Source: Nitrospirales bacterium (lineage in GTDB: Bacteria > Nitrospirota > Nitrospiria > Nitrospirales > UBA8639). From it: DNA of 64,000 bases. The stretch spans positions 2,080,001 through 2,144,000 of the forward strand of contig OY729426.1 of the NCBI GenBank assembly GCA_963422365.1, read 5' to 3'. Positions 12,430 to 24,400 of the stretch are shown in pieces. The notes beneath the pieces are model-generated. The model was not told the DNA's origin. It ran no database searches and was given only the letters and a program-made list of their open reading frames with translations. The stretch's first letter is position 1. Each line of letters starts with the position of its first letter. A program made the translations under genes and the position numbers.

Positions 12430-15400
12430 TTAGAAGCGGAAGGCCCCGGTCAACCCGACGCGGGACTCGGCGGGGGCGCCGGGGCGACGCGTCTGCTCGG
12501 TGAAGAGCGCCGCCTCCAGCCCGTGGGCCCAGCCCGGCACTGCCAGCCGCAGGCCCCCGTGCAGCCGCTGGGCCTGCCCGTCACCCAGACTCAGTTCTCC
12601 GTAGGGCGTCAGCCGGCCCCACCCGTCCCAGACCCTCAGGCCGTAGCCCAACTCCACGTCCAGCCGATCCGGCACCGCCCCCGGGCCCGCCCGTCCCCCA
12701 CTCACCCCACCCGGCAGGGCCCCCGGCTCGCTCTCCCACATCGCCTCCAGCCCGCTCCCCGCCTGACCCCAGACCGGCGTCAGGGAAAAGGCCGGCCCCA
12801 GCCCCGCCTCGCCCGGCGCAACCCGCGCGCTGACACTCGCCCCCCACGCTTCAAAGCCCGCCGCCTGGTGGGCCGCCAGCCAGCGCCCCTGCCCCGTCAC
12901 CGAGACCCCCAGCGCCGGCTGCTCATACGCTAGCCCCGCCCCCACCTCGAGGCCCACACCCGTCTCCGCGTCACCCCCGTCCAGCCGCCCGCCGATCTCC
13001 AGGCTCGGCTGCAGCCGGTGCCCCGCCGCCCACGCCCAGGCCGTCTGCCCCGTCAGCATGAGTCGCAGCCGCTGCACCGCCGCGTCCGCCGCCGGAAGGC
13101 CCGGGACTGCCTCCGAGTCCATCCAGACTCCGACAGCGTCGGTTTTGAGCGACAGGGCCACAGCCCCAACCGAGGACAGGGCCCCCCGTGCCCCCACCGC
13201 CCCCATCCGCATCCCTACGTCGGTCTCCACCTCACCCCGCTTGTCCTTGAGCTGCAACTCGCCCCAGCCCACCCCGACCACGCCCCAGACTTCCATGTCT
13301 TCGTCCACTGCCCAGCGCAGGTAGGGATACAGGCTGGTTACTGCTGACCGCACATCGCCCCGGCCGGCCTCTGGCCCAACCGCGAACCGGCCCCGGCCTA
13401 CGCTATGCGAAACGGCCAGGCCGGCCAGCCCCCAGGGATCGGCGTAGTCCACCCCCACCCAGCCGGACACCACATCCCCCTCCAGCGCCAGCCGGTCCCC
13501 CCGGAATCCCCCCGCCGCCCCCTTCGCCCAGAGCGTCCAGAGACCGGCCGGCTCCGCCGCCTCCGCCTCACCCGCGCCCACAGCCCCAGACCACGCAACC
13601 GCACTGCCCAGCAGAACCTCCCGCACCGAGCGGCTCGAGGCCACTGCCCGCCGGCGCCGCCCAGGCCCGCTACCGGCCAGCTCATCGCCCCGGCCCCCAC
13701 CGCCCCACTCGCCACGGGCTCCCGGCCCCGCCGTGTCGTCCCCCGCCGCCGCCCTGAGCGTCACCGGCCGCCCGCCCAGCGTCACCCGCGTGCCCAGCCC
13801 CGCCGGCCCCCCCATAAGCCGCTCCCCGATGACTGCCACCGCCTGGCTCGCCATCGTGCGCCCAAACCGCCCTAGCCAGTGCGTCGAGACCTCGGCTCGA
13901 GCCGTGTCGCTGACAATGGGGACAAACGCCTGGAATGGCGAAAACTTGCTGGTCGCGCCGCAGACCGCGCTAGGCTGCGCCCCGCCCACAAGCGGCAACG
14001 CCGCCCAGCGGGCAGTACCCGCCTCATAGTGGTACACCGCCACTCCGTCGGCCGGCTCGCCCAGGGGCAGACACACCGTCGCAGTGGCTCCCCCAGGGAA
14101 CGCGGAGAGCCGACCCTTGTTCAGGCTGATGTCCACAGCCGGCGAGACCCGTCGGTAGCCCGGCTGGGCCGGCAAATCCGTTGGGGCTCGCTTCACCGTG
14201 ATCGTGGTAATCGCCTCACCCCCCAGCTGCTCTAGCGGCAGCGTGAGCCCGAGACCCGCCGGCGCCCCCTGCTCTACCTCCAGCGTGATCCGCTGGCCAC
14301 GGCTCACAACAACCTCACCCGCCCGCAGGGGCGCAAACCTCACGTGCCCATCCTGCTCAGCAACCGACACCAACACCCTGATCGTTACCGCCGCCGCCGC
14401 CGAACGCTCGCCGTGCGTATCCGTGACCGTCAGGGCAAAGGTCAGGGCAATGGTCTTAGCCAGATCGCTCGGCGCCGTGAAGCTCGGGCGGACCGTCTCC
14501 GCACCCTCCAGCTTGATCTTCGGCGCGGCAGCCGCCTCGACCGGCTCCCAGGCATAGCTCAGCCCCTCGCCCTCCGGGTCGCGGCTCCCCGAGCCGTCAA
14601 GCGTGACCCGCACACCCTGGGCCACCGTCAAGCCCTCCCCGGCATGCGCGACCGGCGGGTCGTTCCCATCGGTCACCGTGACCACAATGGTCTGTTCAAG
14701 CGTCTTCTCTCCCTCCCCCGTTTGGACAACGGCGGTCACGCCCACAATGTACTGGTTGTTGCCCGCGTCGTTCACAGGGTCCGTACTGGCCTCGTCGGCC
14801 GGAGTCTCGAAGTCGGGCACAGCCCTGAAGGTCAGCACCCCCGTGGCAGGGTCCACCTCGAACTGCTCACGATCAACCCCGCCGACAATGGCATAGGTCA
14901 CAGCCTCGCCCCCCACGGCCAGCACCGTGCCAACAGCACCCTGGTTCTCCGGCACCTCGAACACGGCAGGGCTGACAATCGCCGCCTCGTCGTCGTCAAT
15001 ATTGGTGACGGCAACGTCACTCGCGTCAAGCCCGTTGTAGGTGGCATCCGAACTCGCAGCCGCGGCCAGTACGATCCTGTAGGCCTGGTCGCCATCGTCC
15101 ACCTCGTCATCCACGCCGGTGACCGTGACCGGGGTCGGCTGGTTCCAGGTGGAAGGGGTGAAGGTCAGTGAGGCCGGGAAAACCGTGCCTTCGCCAGTGT
15201 CGGAACTGGTGACGGTGATGCTGACCTGCTCCCTCGGCTGGCTGTCCAAAACGACGCTGATGGTGTCACTACCGCCACCTTCCGTGGTGGCGGTGCCGCC
15301 ACCAGTCTCGGACACCGTGACGCCGGCAGTGTCGTTATCGGTCAGGGTCACACTGACGCCGGTAATGCCCACCGAACCGTAGCCGCCCCCGGAGACTGCA

Positions 15401-18400
15401 TGGGTGATGGTCGTGCTTCTCTCCCCATCGGTCTCGTCATCCACCCCGGTGACGGTGATGGTTTGTACGGTGTTCCAGTTGGCGCTGGTGAAGGTCAGGG
15501 AGGCAGACACGGTCGCCACGCCGGTATGACCGCTGGTCGGGGTGACGGTGACGGCGCCACTCGGCCGGGTGTTGAGCACTACGGTGTAGGTGGTGCTGCG
15601 CCCAGCGCTGGCTTCGGTGACCGTGACACTGGTCTCGGATAACGTGACGCCGGCGGTGTCGTCATCGGTCAGCGTGACACTGACGCTGGGAACACTCACT
15701 GAAGCATAGCCACCCCCGGTGATTGCATGGCTGATGGTCGTGCTTCTCTCGGCATCGGTCTCGTCATCCACCCCGGTGACGGTGACGGGCTGCGCCGTGT
15801 CCCAGTTGCCGGTGGTGAAGGTGAGCGAGGCCGGGGAGACCGTAGCCACGTCGGTATCGCCACTGGCGGGCGTGAGAGTGACGGTGCCCGTCGGCTGGCT
15901 TTGCAGGCCCACACGGTAGGTGGCCGTGTGGCCGCTGCCGCTGGCCTCGGTGACCGTGACGCCCGTCTCGGACACGGTGACGCCGGCCCCGTCGTCATCG
16001 ATGAGGGTCACCGTCACGTCCGGGATGCTCACCGAGTCGTAGCCACCCCCGGTGATTGTATGGGTGATGGTCGTGCTTCTCTCCGCATCGGTCTCGTCAT
16101 CCACCCCGGTGACGGTGACGGGCTGCGCCGTGTCCCAGTTGCCGGTGGTGAAGGTCAGCGAGGCCGGGGAGACGGTGGCGACAGAGTTATCACCGCTGGC
16201 GGGCGTGATGGTGACGGTGCCCGTCGGCTGGCTTTGCAGGCCCACACGGTAGGTGGCCGTGTGGCCGCTGCCGCTGGCCTCGGTGACCGTGACGCCCGTC
16301 TCGGACACGGTGACGCCGGCCCCGTCGTCATCGATGAGGGTCACCGTCACGTCCGGGATGCTCACCGAGTCGTAGCCACCCCCGGTGATTGCATGGCTGA
16401 TGGTCGTGCTTCTCTCCGCATCGGTCTCGTCATCCACCCCGGTGACGGTGACGGGCTGCGCCGTGTCCCAGTTGCCGGTGGTGAAGGTCAGCGAGGCCGG
16501 GGAGACGGTGGCGACAGAGTTATCACCGCTGGCGGGCGTGAGAGTGACGGTGCCCGTCGGCTGGCTTTGCAGGCCCACACGGTAGGTGGCCGTGTGGCCG
16601 CTGCCGCTGGCCTCGGTGACCGTGACGCCCGTCTCGGACACGGTGACGCCGGCCCCGTCGTCATCGATGAGGGTCACCGTCACGTCCGGGATGCTCACCG
16701 AGTCGTAGCCACCCCCGGTGATTGCATGGCTGATGGTCGTGCTTCTCTCCGCATCGGTCCGGTCATCCACCCCGGTGACGGTGACGGGCTGCGCCGTGTC
16801 CCAGTTGCCGGTGGTGAAGGTGAGCGAGGCCGGGGAGACCGTAGCCACGTCGGTATCGCCACTGGCAGGGGTGATGGTGACGGTGCCCGTCGGCTGGCTT
16901 TGCAGGCCCACGCGGTAGGTGGCCGTGTGGCCGCTGCCGCTGGCCTCGGTGACCGTGACGCCCGCCTCGGACACGGTGGCGCCGGCCCCGTCGTTATCGA
17001 TGAGGGTCACCGTCACGTCGGCAATGCTCACCGAGTCGTAGCCACCCCCGGAGGCTGCATGGCTGATGGTCGTGCTTCTCTCCGCATCGGTCCGGTCATC
17101 CACCCCAGTGACGGTGACGGGCTGCGCCGTGTCCCAGTTGCCGGTGGTGAAGGTGAGCGAGGCCGGGGAGACCGTAGCCACGTCGGTATCGCCACTGGCA
17201 GGGGTGATGGTGACGGTGCCCGTCGGCTGGCTTTGCAGGCCCACACGGTAGGTGGCCGTGTGGCCGCTGCCGCTGGCCTCGGTGACCGTGACGCCCGTCT
17301 CGGACACGGTGACGCCGGCCCCGTCGTCATCGATGAGGGTCACCGTCACGTCCGGGATGCTCACCGAGTCGTAGCCACCCCCGGTGATTGTATGGGTGAT
17401 GGTCGTGCTTCTCTCCGCATCGGTCTCGTCATCCACCCCGGTGACGGTGACGGGCTGCGCCGTGTCCCAGTTGCCGGTGGTGAAGGTCAGCGAGGCCGGG
17501 GAGACGGTGGCGACAGAGTTATCACCGCTGGCGGGCGTGATGGTGACGGTGCCCGTCGGCTGGCTTTGCAGGCCCACACGGTAGGTGGCCGTGTGGCCAC
17601 TGCCGCTGGCCTCGGTGACCGTGACGCCCGTCTCGGACACGGTGACGCCGGCCCCGTCGTCATCGATGAGGGTCACCGTCACGTCCGGGATGCTCACCGA
17701 GTCGTAGCCACCCCCGGTGATTGCATGGCTGATGGTCGTGCTTCTCTCCGCATCGGTCCGGTCATCCACCCCGGTGACGGTGACGGGCTGCGCCGTGTCC
17801 CAGTTGCCGGTGGTGAAGGTGAGCGAGGCCGGGGAGACGGTGGCGACAGAGTTATCACCGCTGGCGGGCGTGAGAGTGACGGTGCCCGTCGGCTGGCTTT
17901 GCAGGCCCACACGGTAGGTGGCCGTGTGGCCGCTGCCGCTGGCCTCGGTGACCGTGACGCCCGCCTCGGACACCGTGACGCCAGCCCCGTCGTTATCGAT
18001 GAGGGTCACACTGACGCTGGCGATGCGCACCGAGTCGTAGCCGCCCCCAGAGGCTGCATGGGTGATGGTCGTGCTTCTCTCGGCATCGGTCTCGTCATCC
18101 ACCCCGGTGACGGTGACGGGCTGCGCCGTCTTCCAGTTGCCGGTGGTGAAGGTGAGCGAGGCCGGGGAGACCGTAGCCACGTCGGTATCGCCACTGGCGG
18201 GCGTGATGGTGACGGTGCCACTCGGCTGGCTTTGCAGGCCCACACGGTAGGTGGCCGTGTGGCCGCTGCCGCTGGCCTCGGTGACCGTGACGCGGTTCCT
18301 GGATATGGTGACGCCGGCAGTGTCGTCATCGATGAGGGTCACACTGACGCTGGCAATCCTCACCGAGTTGTAGCCACCCCCGGCTGCCGCATGAGTAATG

Positions 18401-21400
18401 GTCGTGGCTCTCTCCGCATCGGTTCGGTCATCCACCCCCGTCACCGTTACCTCCTGCGGCTGATCCCAGTTCGAAGGGGTGAAGGTCAGCGAACCTGATG
18501 GCGTCGCCACATTCGGATTCCTGCTCCTCGGCGTCACTCTCACGCTTCCCCCCCCGGTCGGTTTGCTGGTCAACACCATCGTGTAGGTCGCCGTCCGCCC
18601 CGCTTTCGTCACCGTTACACTCGACGTAGAAATCGTGACGCCAGCGACGTCATCATCTCTGAGTGACACCGCCACATTCGCGATGCGCACCGGGTTATAG
18701 CCACCACCGCTTACGGTATGGGTAATGCTGGTGCTTCTATCGGTATCAAAGTCGTCATCCACCCCGGTGACGGTGACAGTCTGCGCCGTGTCCCAGTTGC
18801 CGGCGGTGAAGGTCAGGGGCGCGGAGACCATGGCCACGTTAATGTCGCCGCTGCGGGGGGTGATGGTGACATGGCCCGAGGGCCGGCTGTCCAGGACTAC
18901 GCGGTAGGTGGCGGTGCCGCCATCCTCGTCAACCGTGACCGCACTCTCAGACAGTGTCACGCCGGCCCCGTCGTCATCAATCAAGGTCACCGCCACATCC
19001 GCCCCACTGACCGAACCATAGCCACCGCCTGAAGCACTATGGGTAATGCTCGTGCTTCTGTCGGTATCAATGTCGTCATCCACCCCGGTGACGGTGACGG
19101 GCTGCGGGGTCTTCCAGTTGGATGAAGTGAAGGTCAGTGAGGCCGGAGAAACGGTGGCCACAGAGTCGTCACCGCTGGCAGGGGTCACGGTAACGTTGCC
19201 CGAGGGCTGGCTTTGCAGGACCACGCGGTAGGTGGCCGTGTGCCCCGAACCACGGGCCTCGGTCACGGTTATCGCACCAGGCGATGCCGTCACACCAACG
19301 TCGTCGTCATCTGTATTGATCGCCAGAACGTCCGCCGGATCGAACCCGTTATAGTTCACGTCCATGCTCACCGCCGCCGCCAGCCGAATGGTGTAACGCC
19401 GATCTCCATCAGCCCGGTCGTCATCCTTGCCCGTGACGGTGACAGTCTGCGCCGTGTCCCAGTTGCCGGACGTGAATACAAGGCGGCTCTTGTCAACCGT
19501 GCCTTCACTCGGGTCGGAACTGGAGACAGCAATGGTGACTGTGGCGCTCGGCTGGCTGCCCAGGGCTACCCTAAAACGGCCCCTGCCCCCACCCTCCGTG
19601 GTCGTCACGCTGCTCACAGATACCGTCACCTCAGCCACGTCATTGTCTGTGTTGGTCGCCGGAATGTCCGCCGGATCGAGCCCGTTATAGTTCATGTCCG
19701 CGCTCACCGCCGGCCCCAGCCGAATGGTGTAGTCCTGATCCCTATCAGCCAGCACGTCATCCTCCCCCGTCACCGTCACCTCCTGTGGCTGATCCCAATC
19801 GCCGGACGTAAAGGTCAAAGACACCGGGGCCACCTTGCCTTCACCAGGGTCGGAACTGGTTACGGCGATGGTGACGGCCGCAACCGGCCGGCTACCCAGC
19901 GCTACCCTAAAACGGCCGCTGCCCCCACCCTCCGTGGTCATCACGCGCCCGCCCCCAGATACCCTCACTTCAACCGCATCATCGTCTTTGTTGGTCGCCG
20001 GAACAGCCGCCGCGAACCCGCGATAGTGCATGTCCGCGCTCACTGCCGGCCCCAGCCGAATGGTGTAGGACTGATCGCCATCGTCCAGATCGTCGTCCTC
20101 CCCAGTTACGACCAATACCTTTTGTTCGCCCCAGCCCGCGGGCGTAAAGGTCAGAGACGCCGGGGCCACCCTGCCTTCAGTAGTGTCGGAACTGGTTACG
20201 GCGATGGTGACGGCCGCGGTCGGCCGTCTCGTCAACCTCATAGATAGGAATTCCTGTTGCCCGCCCTCGGAAGTCTCCAGCTTGCTCTTCGACAGGATTA
20301 ATCCGGGCCCTTTATCGTCATCAACGTTGGTGACTCTGATGTCTTTCGGATCAATGCCGCGGTAGCCGGCATCGGCGCTGACAGCCGCGGCCAGTACGAT
20401 GGTGTAGGACCGATCACCATCTTCAATCCGGTCATTCACCCCGGTGACGGTGACCGTCTGTGCGGTGTTCCAGTTGTCGGACGTGAATACCAGGCGGCTC
20501 TTGTCAACCGTGCCTTCACTCGGGTCGGAACTGGTTACGGCGATGCTGACGTCGGCCGAGGGCGGGGTATCGAGTACTACGGTGAAGGTGGCGGTGCGCC
20601 TAGCACCACTGGCTTCGGTGGTGGTGACGCGGCTCTCGGACACGGTGACACCGGCCTTGTCGTTATCGATGAGGGTCACCGTCACGTCGGGGATGCTCAC
20701 CGAGTCGTAGCCGCCCCCGGCTGCCTGATGGGTGATGGTCGTACGGCGATCCGTGTTGATCCGGTCATCCACCCCGGTGACGGTAACTTGCTGTGCAGTT
20801 TCCCAATTATCGGTGGTGAAGGTGAGCGAGGCCGGGGAGACGGTGGCGACAGAGTTAGCACCGCTGGTGGGGGTGAGAGTGACGTCGCCCGTCGGCTGGC
20901 TTTGCAGGCCCACGCGGTAGGTGGCCGTGTGGCCGCTGCCGCTGGCCTCGGTGACCGTGACGCGGCTTTTGGACACGGTGACGCCGGCAGTGTCGTCATC
21001 GGTCAGCGTGACGCCCACGCTGGCAATCCTCACCGAGTCGTAGCCGCCGCCGGAAGCCCTATGGCTAATGGTGGTGGTTCTATCTCCTGTATCAATGTCG
21101 TCATGAATGCCGGTGACGGTGACGGGCTGCGGTAGGTACCAGTCGGTGATGGTGAAGGTCAGGGGCGCGGAGACTGTGGCCACGTTAATGTCGTCACTGC
21201 GGGGGGTGATGGTGACGGTGTTGGTCGGCGAGGTCTTGAGTACGACGGTGTAGGTGACGGTGCGCCCGGCACCAGTGGCTTCGGTCACGAGCACACTGTT
21301 GGTGGAGACGGTAACGCCCACGGTGTCGTCATCAACGTTGATGACGGCTATATCGTTCGGATCAACGCCGTTGTAGTTGGCATCGGTGCTGGTGGCCGCG

Positions 21401-24400
21401 GCCAGTACGATGGTGTAGGACTGATCGCCATCTTCAAGCCTGTCATCCACCCCGGTGACGGTGACTATCTGCGCGGCATCCCAGTTGGCAGCAGTGAAGG
21501 TCAGCGATGACGGGGTTACTTTGCCTTCACTTCCGTCGGAACTGGATACACCAATGGTGACGGCCGCCGTCGGCTGGGTATCGAGTACTACAATGAAGGT
21601 GTCGCTACCGCCGGCCTCGGTGGTGACGGTGCTGCCACCGGTCTCGGTGACCGTGACGCCCGCCTCGGACACGGTGGCGCCGGCCCCGTCGTTATCGATG
21701 AGGGTCACACTGACGCTGGCGATGCGCACCGAGTCGTAGCCGCCCCCAGAGGCTGCATGGGTGATGGTCGTGCTTCTCTCGGCATCGGTCTCGTCATCCA
21801 CCCCGGTGACGGTGACGGGCTGCGCCGTCTTCCAGTTGCCGGTGGTGAAGGTGAGCGAGGCCGGGGAGACCGTAGCCACGTCGGTATCGCCACTGGCGGG
21901 CGTGATGGTGACGGTGCCACTCGGCTGGCTTTGCAGGCCCACACGGTAGGTGGCCGTGTGGCCGCTGCCGCTGGCCTCGGTGACCGTGACGCGGTTCCTG
22001 GATATGGTGACGCCGGCAGTGTCGTCATCGATGAGGGTCACACTGACGCTGGCAATCCTCACCGAGTTGTAGCCACCCCCGGCTGCCGCATGAGTAATGG
22101 TCGTGGCTCTCTCCGCATCGGTTCGGTCATCCACCCCCGTCACCGTTACCTCCTGCGGCTGATCCCAGTTCGAAGGGGTGAAGGTCAGCGAACCTGATGG
22201 CGTCGCCACATTCGGATTCCTGCTCCTCGGCGTCACTCTCACGCTTCCCCCCCCGGTCGGTTTGCTGGTCAACACCATCGTGTAGGTCGCCGTCCGCCCC
22301 GCTTTCGTCACCGTTACACTCGACGTAGAAATCGTGACGCCAGCGACGTCATCATCTCTGAGTGACACCGCCACATTCGCGATGCGCACCGGGTTATAGC
22401 CACCACCGCTTACGGTATGGGTAATGCTGGTGCTTCTATCGGTATCAAAGTCGTCATCCACCCCGGTGACGGTGACAGTCTGCGCCGTGTCCCAGTTGCC
22501 GGCGGTGAAGGTCAGGGGCGCGGAGACCATGGCCACGTTAATGTCGCCGCTGCGGGGGGTGATGGTGACATGGCCCGAGGGCCGGCTGTCCAGGACTACG
22601 CGGTAGGTGGCGGTGCCGCCATCCTCGTCAACCGTGACCGCACTCTCAGACAGTGTCACGCCGGCCCCGTCGTCATCAATCAAGGTCACCGCCACATCCG
22701 CCCCACTGACCGAACCATAGCCACCGCCTGAAGCACTATGGGTAATGCTCGTGCTTCTATCGGTATCGGTACTGTCATCCACCCCGGTGACGGTGACGGG
22801 CTGCGGGGTCTTCCAGTTGGATGAAGTGAAGGTCAGTGAGGCCGGAGAAACGGTGGCCACAGAGTCGTCACCGCTGGCAGGGGTCACGGTAACGTTGCCC
22901 GAGGGCTGGCTTTGCAGGACCACGCGGTAGGTGGCCGTGTGCCCCGAACCACGGGCCTCGGTCACGGTTATCGCACCAGGCGATGCCGTCACACCAACGT
23001 CGTCGTCATCTGTATTGATCGCCAGAACGTCCGCCGGATCGAACCCGTTATAGTTCACGTCCATGCTCACCGCCGCCGCCAGCCGAATGGTGTAACGCCG
23101 ATCTCCATCAGCCCGGTCGTCATCCTTGCCCGTGACGGTGACAGTCTGCGCCGTGTCCCAGTTGCCGGACGTGAATACAAGGCGGCTCTTGTCAACCGTG
23201 CCTTCACTCGGGTCGGAACTGGAGACAGCAATGGTGACTGTGGCGCTCGGCTGGCTGCCCAGGGCTACCCTAAAACGGCCCCTGCCCCCACCCTCCGTGG
23301 TCGTCACGCTGCTCACAGATACCGTCACCTCAGCCACGTCATTGTCTGTGTTGGTCGCCGGAATGTCCGCCGGATCGAGCCCGTTATAGTTCACGTCCGC
23401 GCTCACCGCCGGCCCCAGCCGAATGGTGTAGTCCTGATCCCTATCAGCCAGCACGTCATCCTCCCCCGTCACCGTCACCTCCTGTGGCTGATCCCAATCG
23501 CCGGACGTAAAGGTCAAAGACGCCGGGGCCACCTTGCCTTCACCAGGGTCGGAACTGGTTACGGCGATGGTGACGGCCGCAACCGGCCGGCTACCCAGCG
23601 CTACCCTAAAACGGCCGCTGCCCCCACCCTCCGTGGTCATCACGCGCCCGCCCCCAGATACCCTCACTTCAACCGCATCATCGTCTTTGTTGGTCGCCGG
23701 AACAGCCGCCGCGAACCCGCGATAGTGCATGTCCGCGCTCACTGCCGGCCCCAGCCGAATGGTGTAGGACTGATCGCCATCGTCCAGATCGTCGTCCTCC
23801 CCAGTTACGACCAATACCTTTTGTTCGCCCCAGCCCGCGGGCGTAAAGGTCAGAGACGCCGGGGCCACCCTGCCTTCAGTAGTGTCGGAACTGGTTACGG
23901 CGATGGTGACGGCCGCGGTCGGCCGTCTCGTCAACCTCATAGATAGGAATTCCTGTTGCCCGCCCTCGGAAGTCTCCAGCTTGCTCTTCGACAGGATTAA
24001 TCCGGGCCCTTTATCGTCATCAACGTTGGTGACTCTGATGTCTTTCGGATCAATGCCGCGGTAGCCGGCATCGGCGCTGACAGCCGCGGCCAGTACGATG
24101 GTGTAGGACCGATCACCATCTTCAATCCGGTCATTCACCCCGGTGACGGTGACCGTCTGTGCGGTGTTCCAGTTGTCGGACGTGAATACCAGGCGGCTCT
24201 TGTCAACCGTGCCTTCACTCGGGTCGGAACTGGTTACGGCGATGCTGACGTCGGCCGAGGGCGGGGTATCGAGTACTACGGTGAAGGTGGCGGTGCGCCT
24301 AGCACCACTGGCTTCGGTGGTGGTGACGCGGCTCTCGGACACGGTGACACCGGCCTTGTCGTTATCGATGAGGGTCACCGTCACGTCGGGGATGCTCACC

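Noticed and set aside
15727..18498. 923-aa plus-strand ORF and many other antisense ORFs over the adhesin
   Set aside because: Shadow frames of a GC-rich repetitive gene; they repeat with the same 333/3699-bp periods and have no protein-like features.
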